Origin: Mayamaea pseudoterrestris
Taxonomy: Eukaryota
Direction of reading: 5' to 3'
NCBI GenBank assembly: GCA_027923505.1
Contig: BROI01000013.1
Span: 310,001 to 374,000, forward strand
Length of the DNA: 64,000 bases
The position numbers were made by a program, and so were the translations under genes. Under the pieces are notes generated by a model. That model was given only the letters and a program-made list of their open reading frames with translations, was not told the origin of the DNA and ran no database searches. Below, in pieces: positions 12,760 through 24,557 of the stretch (positions are counted from its first letter, which is position 1; each line of letters begins with the position of its first letter).

Positions 12760-13054
12760 TGACGCTGTTTTCACTGGCACTCGTTTCACATTATAGCCTG
12801 CTGACGCAGTTTTCACTGGCATTCGTTTCTTACTATAGCCTTTGTGACGCAGTTTTCACTGGCACTCGTTTCACAATATAGCCTCTAAGACGCAGTTTTC
12901 ACTGGCACTCGTTTCACATTATTGCCTAATGACGCCGTTTTCACTGGCACTCGTTTCGTGCTATTGCCTCATGACGTAATTGACACTGGCACTTGTTTCG
13001 TGCTATTGCCTCATGACGTAATTGACACTGGCACTCGTTTCATACTATTGCCTT
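12760..13054 (+). repeat. 42-bp tandem array, family A (7 units)
   Basis: Cores at 12772, 12814, 12857, 12900, 12942, 12984, 13026. Confidence 0.95.
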
Positions 13055-13164
13055 TCACTGCCGTTTCAACTCTCACTCAGTATTGTTCTCTCGACGACCA
13101 TGGAGGACATCGATTTCAATGGTAGCTGCCCGTCATTACAATCACTCTATCATCACAAGAAAGA

Positions 13165-14361
13165 ATGAAATCTTTTGAAGCGCTCGCTGCGTTTCTCTTG
13201 CTTCTTGGTGCCTCTGCCTTTGTCCCCTCGCATCATCATCTGTCACAAACTACCGTCTCCTCATCACTTAATCGTTTCATAAAGAGCCATTTATTCGTCG
13301 AGTCGAACGATAATGAAGAAGCTAAACGACTTCAAGAAAAAGCTGAGACCCTTCGAGAGCAGATTCGCTCATTGGAGAAGCAATTGAATCGAAACAATCC
13401 ACCGAGGCAGCAGCAGTCGCCTCCTCCTCCTTCCAAGCGAGACATGGAAACGTCATCGTCTACACCAACTCTCGTCAACAAGCGCATTCTCGTCGCTGGA
13501 GCTAACGGCCGACTCGGCAGCATGGTTTGTCGCTACTTGCTGCGCAACCATCCGCAAACGGAAGTTGTAGCGGCCGTTCACGTGGTGGGCGAAAACAGTG
13601 CCACCGCGCGAGGCTACGGCCGACTCCAGTATGAGGTTGGCGCCGAAGATGGACGCGGATCCATTGGAGCGGCCTGGAGCGCAGCTGACGAAAGGACAGC
13701 TACCTTTGAGTATGATGAGCAAGTCATGGGAGAATACAATTTGCGCAACCTTCGTATTGTAGAGGTGGAACTACTTGATCCGCTCCAATGTCAGAGTGTT
13801 TGTGATGAATCGATTGATGCCGTAGTATGGTGCGCGACTGACTTTAACGGCAATCTACCGCGAGCAATTAGTGGATTGAACGTGGCATTTCTCTTTCGAG
13901 CCGTCTCGAACCCAATCAAGGGTCGCGTCGAGGTGGAAGGCCTGGAGAACATGTTAGGCGCACTCAAACTGGCCAAGCAGGAGCGCAAACGACAGCGCGG
14001 CTACGATGCGACTAATGATCCAGTCAACGTTGTGCTTGTTTCGACGGCGCCGGATGCTCTTGATGATTTTGAAACGCCATTTGGGTCCTTTCTGGGCATT
14101 AAAAGGCAAGGCGAAGAGTTGCTCGACTCCTTTCCCAGCCTTACATCAATTGCTTTGCAAATGAGTCGTTACGGGGACAACTTTGTTGAGGAAGGAGTTG
14201 ATATACAGACACAAGTTGCGACGAAGGGCGATGCTAGCAGTGTTGACGACTCATCGCGACGACGGATAAATCGACGCGACGCCGCCAAGGCAGTGGCGGA
14301 TGCCTTGCTGGATCAAGAGCTGATTGGCAAGACCGCACAAGTATGGACTGCTATAAGGTAG
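13165..14361 (+). CDS. Plastid-targeted NAD(P)-binding Rossmann protein (atypical SDR/NmrA-like)
   Basis: Signal peptide plus ASAF motif; ILVAGANGRLG; INRRDAA. Confidence 0.8.
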   Translation: MKSFEALAAFLLLLGASAFVPSHHHLSQTTVSSSLNRFIKSHLFVESNDNEEAKRLQEKAETLREQIRSLEKQLNRNNPPRQQQSPPPPSKRDMETSSSTPTLVNKRILVAGANGRLGSMVCRYLLRNHPQTEVVAAVHVVGENSATARGYGRLQYEVGAEDGRGSIGAAWSAADERTATFEYDEQVMGEYNLRNLRIVEVELLDPLQCQSVCDESIDAVVWCATDFNGNLPRAISGLNVAFLFRAVSNPIKGRVEVEGLENMLGALKLAKQERKRQRGYDATNDPVNVVLVSTAPDALDDFETPFGSFLGIKRQGEELLDSFPSLTSIALQMSRYGDNFVEEGVDIQTQVATKGDASSVDDSSRRRINRRDAAKAVADALLDQELIGKTAQVWTAIR

Positions 14362-14523
14362 ACTACTCATAAATGCGTATAAAAGGCTTTTCATCTGGTT
14401 GGATGCGACCATAGTAGTTTATCGTCAATCGAACTACTGTACCTTTGAGATCCAGTCGTAGTGGTACTGATATTCTGTCGCGAAGGAAGTTTTGTTGCTC
14501 TCTTCCTGCCATGCAAATCGACC

Positions 14524-15894
14524 ATGAAATCTCGCCGCTTGCTGCATCACTTGGCAACGTTTCTAAATTTCATGATAATAAGGACTAGTTCATCTTTCGT
14601 TTTGTCCAAATTGTCATCATCTTTGTGCAAGCGCTTCGCTGTAAAGCCGAAAATTACGTCGCGTTCAAGAATGACGTCGGCCGCGGCATCAAGTAGTCCA
14701 TTATTCACTCTCGATACATTTCTGAAGCAGCAACGACGTGAACCAACCAGCCACATTGTCATTGGAAATGAAGCGGGAGATGCCGATAGCGTCATTAGTG
14801 CCATAGCATGGGCCTACGTTGAGTCTTTGTATGGAACTGATGCTGCTAAGTCATTCATGACACCAATCATTTCCATTCGTCGCAAGGACCTCGAGACGCA
14901 GCGACCAGAAACGCTCATGCTGCTAGGCTTGTCTGGAATATCGACGGATTGCTTGATCTACGTTGATGATCCAATCATTACTCATCACGACAAGACGCTT
15001 CAAGTTACCTTGGTTGATCACAATCGACTCACTCTCCCACTCGTCAACTACAAAGTACTGGAGATTTTGGACCATCACGCCGACTTGGGCGCTCACATTG
15101 ATGCTACAAGTCGCTTAATTGCCTTTCGAGACGGTTTCGCCACTGTTGCGAGCACTTGCACGTTGATTGTAGAGCAAATGAACAAGATATGCAAGGCCCG
15201 TGCCTTTCCTGCATCCTTGTCAGTCCTCTTGCTGGGCGTCATTCTGCTAGATTCGGTGAACATGCTTCCAGCAGCGGCCAAGGGAATGGAGCGAGATCAA
15301 GCTGCAATTGACATGCTGCTGCGACGGACTGGTTGGAGCGAGTCGTCGGCGGTGGCTCGAACGGTATTGCGCCTTGATGACAACGATGGCTTACCCGATA
15401 CGAATGCACTCTTCCAGGCGCTCCAAGACGCAAAGTTTAGTTCTATCTTTTGGGATAGCTTAAGCGTATACGATGCGCTACGACTGGACTACAAGAGATT
15501 TGAATCCTTGCAGGGCTCAGCAGGTTTTGGGTCGTCATCCGTCTTGATCAGCCTGGATGATTTTTTAAACAAACAGAATGTGCATGCATCAATACTGTCA
15601 TTCATGAAGGAGCGAGGCATTAATTGGTTGTTTGTCTTGTTCAACTCAATTATGGATGGCAATCCAAAGCGACAACTCATGGCATGCACGACCTCCAGTG
15701 ATATGGATGCCATGATTGACTACTTGATGAAGCAAGAAACACTGCAGCTCGCGCGGCGTGACGATCCGCTGCCGACGACATTGTCGCCCAAAGTGCAAAC
15801 GTTCGACCAAGGAAACACCAAGGCCAGCCGCAAGCAAGTGGCGCCTATACTACATAGTTATTTTAACGTGCAGCATCAGGCGGCTGCATTATAG
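14524..15894 (+). CDS. Exopolyphosphatase of the PRUNE/PPX1 type (DHH family)
   Basis: GNEAGDADS, LVDHN, ILDHH, VASTCTL, DYK, ASRKQVAP. Confidence 0.88.
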   Translation: MKSRRLLHHLATFLNFMIIRTSSSFVLSKLSSSLCKRFAVKPKITSRSRMTSAAASSSPLFTLDTFLKQQRREPTSHIVIGNEAGDADSVISAIAWAYVESLYGTDAAKSFMTPIISIRRKDLETQRPETLMLLGLSGISTDCLIYVDDPIITHHDKTLQVTLVDHNRLTLPLVNYKVLEILDHHADLGAHIDATSRLIAFRDGFATVASTCTLIVEQMNKICKARAFPASLSVLLLGVILLDSVNMLPAAAKGMERDQAAIDMLLRRTGWSESSAVARTVLRLDDNDGLPDTNALFQALQDAKFSSIFWDSLSVYDALRLDYKRFESLQGSAGFGSSSVLISLDDFLNKQNVHASILSFMKERGINWLFVLFNSIMDGNPKRQLMACTTSSDMDAMIDYLMKQETLQLARRDDPLPTTLSPKVQTFDQGNTKASRKQVAPILHSYFNVQHQAAAL

Positions 15895-15930
15895 CGATGT
15901 ATAAAACAATTACATCATTGTTCACATTAG

Positions 15931-17289
15931 TTAACCACCATATCCCATTTGTTTCTTAACTTTATGAGCGTATCGACGATCAGCTAGAAATTGCGTCAGC
16001 GAATCAATTTTGAAAACGAGCAAGGGCACCAGAGACACGCCCAGCATGGTTGACAACAGCGTCAATGGCATGTTGTTCCAAATGCGACGCGGAATGGCCA
16101 GCTTCACGTCGTTGCATGCATCCAACAGCATAAACACACCAGCTGGTAGCATCAAAAAGCATCGCCAAAGCAGCCATGCCAAAAACCGATACACCATACC
16201 GATTATCCAGTACTGCTCGCTCCACACGGCAAGCGCGTTCATTATACATGCATACACCAAGCCAGCACCATCCAAAATCTCCCTTGCAACCACTGGAACA
16301 ATTAGAATCGTCATGCTCCATTGTACCGCCACTCGAAAGAGCACGTTGCTGAACATCAATACCACAACCTTTCCAAACTCTTCACGGTCCAAAAAGCCAT
16401 TCTCGTCAATATCAAACTTGTCAAAAATTGCTTGACACCGCGAGCGCGGAAGTGGTCGACAGGCGGCTGGTCCGGCATAGACGCCAAGCTTCAAATGGAT
16501 TTGCAGCAAGGCATTGTAGAGTTGAGTTTCGTCAACAAGACCGGAATGATCAGTGTCGACTTCTTCAAATGCATTGTCAATCATACTTTGAAAGAACCTT
16601 GCCCGCGTCAAGATGGAGTAAGGCGTCGGCGGCTTTGCTCGTCTATGTCTAGGAATAATTATTGTAAGATTGAGTTGCGGTTCAATCGCTCGTGAAGCGG
16701 TCATGGTGGGCGGCAGTTGTTGCTGCTGGTGTATGTGTGGCTTCGAAACAGGCGCTTGTCGTGATTTGTTCGAATGCGGAGCTGACTTGGTTGGCTTTAC
16801 TTCCTCAATGTCAGAATCGGTTTCAGAAGATTCATCGCTGTCACTCTCTTCTTGCGAGGAGGATGCAGAAGAATCCGAATCCGACTTGACGGAAGAATTT
16901 TGTCGTCGAATGCTAGACAAGGTGGAATGATTGCTGATACCGAGGGAGGAGGCATCGTCTCCCGACTTGACTTCGTTTTGATGCAGTGAAGGATCCGCGG
17001 ACGTGTCGTCTCCTTCTATTAGCGGCTCGAAATGCTTATCATCGTACTGCCGGTCTCTTGGTGCTTGCTCATTAATTACTCCGCCGTCGTCTTCGTATCC
17101 ATAGTCGTAGCTGACATGATCCGACTTTTTCTCGTCAAAGCTGGCATTCGTTCCAGGGACATCGACTGCCGCTTCACCTTTCTTTCTTGCCCTTCGCTTC
17201 TTTCCAAGTCCAAAGAGGCGAAATCGTTTGCTGCTTTGCGAGCTGGATGCTGAGACGCCAGAGACAATTGAAGCTCCGTCGACGTTCAT
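15931..17289 (-). CDS. EF-hand protein with C-terminal membrane segments
   Basis: Two EF loops (DTDHSGLVDETQ, DIDENGFLDREE) followed by hydrophobic stretches. Confidence 0.75.
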   Translation of the reverse strand: MNVDGASIVSGVSASSSQSSKRFRLFGLGKKRRARKKGEAAVDVPGTNASFDEKKSDHVSYDYGYEDDGGVINEQAPRDRQYDDKHFEPLIEGDDTSADPSLHQNEVKSGDDASSLGISNHSTLSSIRRQNSSVKSDSDSSASSSQEESDSDESSETDSDIEEVKPTKSAPHSNKSRQAPVSKPHIHQQQQLPPTMTASRAIEPQLNLTIIIPRHRRAKPPTPYSILTRARFFQSMIDNAFEEVDTDHSGLVDETQLYNALLQIHLKLGVYAGPAACRPLPRSRCQAIFDKFDIDENGFLDREEFGKVVVLMFSNVLFRVAVQWSMTILIVPVVAREILDGAGLVYACIMNALAVWSEQYWIIGMVYRFLAWLLWRCFLMLPAGVFMLLDACNDVKLAIPRRIWNNMPLTLLSTMLGVSLVPLLVFKIDSLTQFLADRRYAHKVKKQMGYGG

Positions 17290-17845
17290 AACTGACGGTT
17301 GCGTTGTTCTTCAGCAGTTCGGCAGCCTCTGTCGCTTACGAAACACAAAATCTGCAAGACAATCTCACGCTTCAATTCTCCAATTGTCTACACTACACCA
17401 ACTATCATCAAGCACAGACTGTAATGTTGGTCCCAGTGAGTGATCCGAAAACAAGCAGGAGACGAGGAGAGGTTGCGGCCGAAGTCGACGGTCATTCGGA
17501 TAGAAAGGGGGCAGTCATGGAGGACGCACGATCTGTGACTCTTGTGACGCCATCAGTCCCGCTTCAATGACCGAAACTCAAAGTTAACGTTGGGGTTTTG
17601 GGAAGCGTTTCTTGTGGCGTCGGAGCGACCATGACATTCTGATTCGGCCACATTCGTCGCCGCAAAGCAAGCGATTATAGAACCTTTCATTGTGCAGACG
17701 GGTTACACAGTCGTGATAACAAATCGGCTTGATTCTAAAGTAGCATCAATTATATTGCAACGGCGACAGATACGCAGCAACTCCATCGCAAGCAGCAAAC
17801 ATTTCCCCATCCGTCAGCTTCTCAATAAGACAACTCCGTATACAA

Positions 17846-18229
17846 ATGAAAGCCTCGTTGTCGCAAGTAGCGATATCGCTCTTGCTTGTACAAACTACGA
17901 CCGCATTTTTGACTGTGCAGAAGCGAGACCGACCAAATGCTTTTGCAACCAACGGGGCAGCAGCAGCCTCATCGACTGTTCCGAATGCAAACAACAATCA
18001 CAAGTCACCGGGAGAGCGCAGTCACAAGCAGCCAAGCTTTCTAGCAGCATCCCATGCCGGCGGACACGCTAATCCATTTGCTGTCGCATATGATTATCAA
18101 GACTTTACGCCATGGCAGCAGGATGCAACTGATGACGATTCAATGGATGTTGATCTCAGCTACTCGACTATTCTCATGGCATGCGCTTTGTCAATGGCTC
18201 TTGGATTCGGACTGGGCTACGGAACGTAA
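17846..18229 (+). CDS. Small probably plastid-targeted protein with a C-terminal TM helix
   Basis: Signal peptide ending TTTAF; hydrophobic C-terminus. Confidence 0.6.
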   Translation: MKASLSQVAISLLLVQTTTAFLTVQKRDRPNAFATNGAAAASSTVPNANNNHKSPGERSHKQPSFLAASHAGGHANPFAVAYDYQDFTPWQQDATDDDSMDVDLSYSTILMACALSMALGFGLGYGT

Positions 18230-18773
18230 AAATTATTGAATCACTTGGCCAATTGTATATACACAACATCATGAGCAGATATATCTTCGAGTCATTCTTA
18301 AATGCTGCGGGGCACAATGCTTTGCTAAGATGACATTAATGGCAAACAATGCACGTCTACTACGTCTTCATTATCCGTGTATATAATAGTTTTTTAGATT
18401 AGTTTGCTTGCTTTGTTGGTCGCTCGTCAAATAATGAGCAAGTCATGCTTGAGGCGGCGGCATCAGTTGCCATCACCAATATGCTACTTCACAGTTCACA
18501 CAAAGACTTTAACTGTCGTCTGCTTCTCGTTCCGTTACATTCAGTCAAGTCAAGTACGATATTCATAATCCTGCACATGAGCATCAGAAAATAAAATCTT
18601 GACTGCCTCGAGTCACATAGCTAACCGGCTGCAGCGACGGACAGACTGTCGCGGGATGTGACGCAATGTCCGGGTTGCGTATCCTCAAACATCAACCTCA
18701 ATCGCTCGGTGCATCTCGTGCGTAATCATCACCCATCCGGCGCTCGATCATATCCTTCGTTGCATCTGTCACC

Positions 18774-19892
18774 ATGAAGTTCTCTGCTGCTTGCGTCCTT
18801 GCCCTTAGCGCCTCGGCTTCGGCCTTTGCCCCGGCATCCACTTCTAGCGTGAGTCAAGCAGACCGACCGGTCGTTGGAGCGGTGTTGTAGAAGAAACTGG
18901 AGCTGTCTTTTTCGCTGCGCGAATGAGCCGTTCCGGTTGAACTTGCTTGATAGAAAATGATGCTTGTATATAGCATTGTAATGCATTTCTGCGGTGGGTA
19001 GCAAGTAGCAAATCTCACGCCATTCCTTCCGTTGCTTTGTTTACAGCGCTCCACTCAGCTCAATGCTTTGAAGGACGACCTTTCCAACGCGGCCAAGATT
19101 GCGTTTGCCGGAGCTTTGGCTGTTGGCGTTGCGTCGCAGCCGGTCATGGCCTTGACCAAGTCCGAAATCAACCAGCTGTCCTACCTGCAGGTCAAGGGAA
19201 CTGGTCTTGCCAACCGCTGCCCAGAAGTCGTTGGCGAGGGCACCATCACCCCCAAGTCGGGCCAGCGATTGGTAGATATGTGCATTGAACCAAAGGCATG
19301 GGCCGTCGAGGAGGAGATCGGCAAGGCCGGAAAGACTGAGAAGAAATTTGTTAACTCCAAGGTCATGACCCGCCAGACATACACTCTTGATGGAATCGAG
19401 GGAAAGATTGAGAACAGTGGAAACATTGTCTTCAAGGAGGAGGAAGGTATTGACTACGCCGCCACCACTGTGCAACTTCCAGGAGGCGAGCGTGTTCCAT
19501 TCCTATTCACCGTCAAGGACTTGGTCGCCAAGGGTAACGGCAACGCATTCAAGCCTGGCTTCCAGATGGGAGGTGAATTCAGCACACCATCATACCGCAC
19601 TGGTCTTTTCCTTGACCCCAAGGGACGCGGAGGAACCACGGGTTACGACATGGCCGTCGCACTCCCAGGTCTTCAATCTGGAGAGGAAGGTGATGATGAG
19701 CTCTTCAACGAAAATAACAAGGTTTTCGACGTGACCACCGGCCGCATCGAGATGGAAGTCAACAAGGTCAACACGGAGGAGCAAGAGATTGGAGGTGTTT
19801 TCGTTGCCACCCAGCTATCCGACACTGACATGGGCTCCAAGATCCCCAAGAAGGTCCTTACCAAGGGAATTTTCTACGCACGAGTTGACTAA
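18774..19892 (+). CDS. psbO: Photosystem II oxygen-evolving enhancer protein 1; intron 18849-19046
   Basis: Exon 1 MKFSAACVLALSASASAFAP; LSYLQVKGTGLANRCP, EGIDYA, PGGERVPFLFT, FLDPKGRG. Confidence 0.97.
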
Positions 19893-20139
19893 ACAGATAA
19901 TAGTGTCGAAATGCTAGTGCAGCAGATGCTATGTGATCCCGAAGCCTTTATTAGCTTACTTTACATTGCGACTAGAAGCTGCCTTAGTATTCTGTTTTGA
20001 TAGATTATATGCAACCTTTTTATAAACTTGAATAGCAAATGTTTGGCCAGGCATGCCCCATGGCATACCACACGTTACGCTCATTGTCCGGTTCCGGTAC
20101 ATGGGTCGCCAGCAAGAGTGTCATTAGCGGGTCGTAGTA

Positions 20140-21179
20140 TTAACGCTGCCCTGGATTCCTTACTGTTCCAAGCAATTCGTAAATCGCATCGTTCATGGCG
20201 TTAAAAATGCTTTCGTCAATGACAAAACCAGAAGCAGGGCTTTCGTCTTCAGAAGGGTGCGACGGGCCTATCGGTGCCTCGGGTTCGTCGGCATGAACGC
20301 CACCTTCCTGAACGTGCCACATACTTGAAGTTGTTCCTGGCTGAGACTCTCTTGAAAGTGCTACTTGTACTCCGTGCAATCCATCATCTCGACCCATGAC
20401 GAAAAATCTTCGGCAACAAGGGCATTTCTTCTCGTCACTCTGTGAGAGCCACTGCTTGATGCAAGCGACATGAAAAACATGCTCGCAAGCAGTATTTGAC
20501 GACCAGGAAACATCAACTCCAACTTCGTATTGTACGAGACAGATAGCACAGGTTGCTGATGCCAGTCGATTCGGCCGCACTCGCCCCAACAAGAAGTTTC
20601 CAGCCGCAGGGATTTGAATCATGGCAATGTCGTCCAATGCGTCAGAGTTTACTCCATCCTCGAGATAGACACTCATTGTGTGCTCGCCGTGTGCCACAGG
20701 CAGGTCTATGGAGAAATGATCTGCTTTCAAAGTCTGTTAAAAAGAATGATAGAACAGTTGTTGGTTCGTTGCGACGAATCAGCGACAAACTGGAACCTGC
20801 ACTTTGCACTCTGACGCTCAGTATTTCGTACCATTGTTACTGGCTCCCACCGGAGCTGCGTATTTGCTGCTGTCATTCTCGTCGACGGCCATCGCTCGTT
20901 CACCGTCATTGTCGTCTGCTGCAGAGGTAGGGCATGTGCTTCTTCTCTCTCGTCGTGAGAGAACATATCAGTTTGTCTGTTCCGTTGATACCATTGGTAT
21001 TCGTTTCTGCTTCCATGACGTGCTGTTCTGCGGTCCCTTAATCGCTGACAGTATGGAGGTATTTGATATATGACACAGAATGCAAGAGGAATGCCGAGGA
21101 AAACAGTCCAATAGACCCAAGGAGCAACGGTGTCGGCAGCATCATCGTCAATCATCAAGTAGTCATCGTCGTCCACCAT
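20140..21179 (-). CDS. TM-anchored RING-H2 E3 ligase (ATL-like), paralog 1; intron 20734-20831
   Basis: N-terminal TM; CAIC...CEHVFHVAC...W...CPCCR; splicing gives EPVTM|TLK. Confidence 0.82.
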
Positions 21180-21853
21180 GGTCAAGGCTTGTTGCAATCA
21201 AGATGATACGCATGCCTTTTGCCGATGAAACGACAATTTGCAAGTTAATGGTCTAGCGTCGCAATGTGCAACAACGTTGTCAATGACGACGAAAAATCCG
21301 GCAGGAAATGGACAATAGAACAATGGCATCATGGCGAAGGAGCATCCAAGAACTGATCGACGAAAATGCACCACATTTGTCAAGCTGAGTCATTGCGCTT
21401 CTTATCCACATGGAAAACTCAGTATTCAAGAATTGTCTAGTGTTGAGTATTACGAGGAGCAGAAGACGGTCGTTCTCCAACAGGCTGTACAATGCCATAC
21501 GATATTAATGTCATGCAATCATGTTAACTTCTGTTTAGAAAAGGAATTTAACTGCTGGCTAAGCAAGCACATTGTCACTTTTCCGTCTTACATTAGCAAG
21601 CGTGTGCGTCGGCGAGTAAACATTTGCCTGTTAACTTCAGTCGCCTTGACCACTTCTATACCTGCATGGCTTGTATGGCTTGAGATTTGTGCGAGTGGCT
21701 GCATGGCGTCCTCGCTTCAGCTCGCAGCCCGATGTCACACGCGAATAGGGCTATGCTGCATTCTCGCGCCAGTTTGCTGCCCAGTGCCACATGCAGCGAT
21801 TTGGGCTACGCTCTATGCGCTTTGATTCATTTGCTGCCGACGTTTATACTCAG

Positions 21854-22708
21854 TCACACTTCGAAAGAGACGAGGTCATATGCTGCATCGACCACAAATT
21901 CTCGCCGGCAGCATGGACAAGTTTTGCCATCCGGCTGCGCCAGCCACTGGTGCACGCAGTCAATGTGGAAGACATGTTCGCACTCACTGTTTGAAGACCA
22001 CACGATATTCGATCCAATTTCATAGGCAACCAGACAAATGGCGCAAGTTGGAGATGCCAATCGCTTTGGCCGTTCCTCGCCCAGATACAAGCCAGCAGTT
22101 GGAATCAGGATCATTGTGTCGTCCTTTTGTGTAACGCTGAGAGCTTCGTCTTGGCTACCGGTAGGCGAAATTTTTAGATCAGCAATGACAAGCGGTCTGT
22201 CTTTTATGATGTTTTCGTCTTTCAATGTCTAACGAGTGGACGAACCATGGAGTATGACATGTCATGTGAGTAAATAGAGGCGTTCGTCGCGCAAAGCGCA
22301 AACTGACAACTGGCCACGTACCATTCGTACAGGCTCCAGCACCTGCTTCAGTTTTGTCCAAGCGACATTTCTAGTGGTGTTTTCGCGTAGCTCGTCAACA
22401 ACATATTCTGTTGGTTGCGGAAGCGATCGTTCAGAACCCACAGAATCTCGTCGCAACTCGGTGGCACTCCATTCTCGTTGACGCATTGACGCCCTTCGGT
22501 TTTCCGTCGACCCGAAAAAGACATGGTTGAAGGAACGGGATTGTCTTTCTTCCTCTCGTTCGTTTCGTTCCTGCCTGCTCAGTGGTGGGCCCCAAAAACA
22601 GTTTAAAATTGGACAGCCGCACATGGCGCATCCAAAGGCAACAACAAACGCGAATGTAATGAAAACCGGGAGACTGATACTGCCGAGAAGCGACAAAAAA
22701 GCACCCAT
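21854..22708 (-). CDS. TM-anchored RING-H2 E3 ligase (ATL-like), paralog 2; intron 22229-22321
   Basis: N-terminal TM; CAIC...CEHVFHIDC...W...CPCCR; splicing gives EPVRM|TLK. Confidence 0.82.
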
Positions 22709-23065
22709 GTTTCCTATCAGATAGATGTTGAGCTGAGCAGGCCCACGAGCAGTTCGTTTATGAAATTCTGACAGCATGCCATGGTCGAAACGCCGACAAA
22801 CGAAATTGCAGAGAGAAAGTGATGCTCCAGGAACATGCAGCGCCAGGCCGGTCGTGCATTCAATTTTTCGAATGTTTTCATTATATTTCTGTCGTATCGT
22901 TACTCATCGTCTGAGGTTCGATTGTAGCGAGGGGCTTAAGATCTCAATGGTATCTTACATTCAACCAAATAAAGTAGGCAATAGTAATAGAACGCGCGAC
23001 CACTCGTGACCAGCGAACAAGCCTCCGACGACGCAACGGAGCAGGTCAAGCATTCACCGCCCACC

Positions 23066-23971
23066 ATGACGATGCTGCGGACCCTTGCGCTTTTTTCCCT
23101 TGCAATAGTGCCTGGTGCACTCGCGTCTCCCGCCATTGTTTGGTCAGATGCAGCGAATAGTCGGAAAGCGATAATTAACGCAAAGTCGACTCCAGTTAAC
23201 CGCGTGCTAAGTGAACTGTCGTATCCGTCTGATGCAGCAGGCCGAAGCGTTGTCTTTCTCCTCGGCCGCAACAAGAGTGATGGATCGGAGGCACTCTCCA
23301 AGCTAGCGGAAAGTGGCGCTCTTGCTGGAGTCTCTAAGAAATATGAAAGCGCTATGGTGCATCATACACATGTCAGCGGACTGGACTCGGCGGCAACGCT
23401 TGTTCGCGAAGCAAAAAAGACTGGAAAGAGTGCGACTCAAATGAGTCTTGCTGAATTCAACGAGTCTGTTCGAGTGAAGGATGCCTCGGAAGTGACTAAT
23501 GGCAAGAGCAAGCGAGCCCGGGTTCTTGCTGAGGCGAATGTTTGGATCGTTTCAGTGGACGCCAACGCAGATGCCTCGCAGTTGGATGCCGCGACTGTAG
23601 CGGCCATTGAAAATGTATCCTTTAGCAATGTCGTTTTGACGGCGCAAAGATCGGTTGATGAAGTCAAGGTGGAGCGAGAAATGTTTACGCATCGCCGCCT
23701 ACAAAAGATGCAGCAGGCGGCTTCTCGTTTGTTGTCGCAAAACTCACGTCGGCTCGAAGATGCACAGGGCGACGATGCGAACAACAATAACAACAACAAT
23801 AATGACTTGCAGGGAGTATATTATGTCAACATGACTCCCAATATTTTGGCGGGCATTCTGTTTACCTTTTTCTTTGCCTTTGTCATTATGCTTGCCGTTT
23901 CGTGCATGGGTATGATCTCTGGACAAGATGTTTATGTTACCAAAATGCCTTCTGTTGGTCGTGAAGCTTAA
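23066..23971 (+). CDS. Type I membrane protein resembling V-ATPase accessory subunit Ac45/Voa1
   Basis: Signal peptide, RRLE site, and C-terminal MTPNILAGIL...MISGQD TM region resembling the Ac45/Voa1 TM domain. Confidence 0.6.
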   Translation: MTMLRTLALFSLAIVPGALASPAIVWSDAANSRKAIINAKSTPVNRVLSELSYPSDAAGRSVVFLLGRNKSDGSEALSKLAESGALAGVSKKYESAMVHHTHVSGLDSAATLVREAKKTGKSATQMSLAEFNESVRVKDASEVTNGKSKRARVLAEANVWIVSVDANADASQLDAATVAAIENVSFSNVVLTAQRSVDEVKVEREMFTHRRLQKMQQAASRLLSQNSRRLEDAQGDDANNNNNNNNDLQGVYYVNMTPNILAGILFTFFFAFVIMLAVSCMGMISGQDVYVTKMPSVGREA

Positions 23972-24557
23972 ACACCTATAGCATGGATAGTTTTATCAAC
24001 ATACGATTTATCGACTATTGTTATAGCGTATATGGGCATCCAAAAGTTGCCGCGCACGGTTCTCGCTGATATGTTTGCTAAGGGTATACCGTCTACTAAG
24101 CATTTACCGCTACGTCCAGCGCTTTCCCAATCAGACGGGGTCGTCACTACCGTAGTTACTTAATTACTGCAAAATGTTTATTATTTTGGGATGGTATATG
24201 GACCGTCGTCGTTGAGTGTTGTGGGCTCTAAGTCGAGGCAATAGTTTGTGGTGGACGCTGCCAATATGAATAGAGATATTGGTACTGGGAGGTGATGAAA
24301 CATTTGCAACACTCATACTTTCTATTAATCTTCTCTAAACGTTCCATTGCACGAGGTGAGACTTCCCGCGCGTACATGCGCTTTCACTCTGGGCGGGTGC
24401 AGTGAAGCTCCGGTAGCTAAACGAAGGTTGGACGGCATCCTTTAGCTTTAAGTTTGCGCATGTTGAACTCGTGCGTGCGTATCTTCGAGTTCAACGCAAT
24501 CGATCCGTCGATCACGCCTCGTCGTCTCCCATCTTCTACCAGACCATCCTCTTCACC

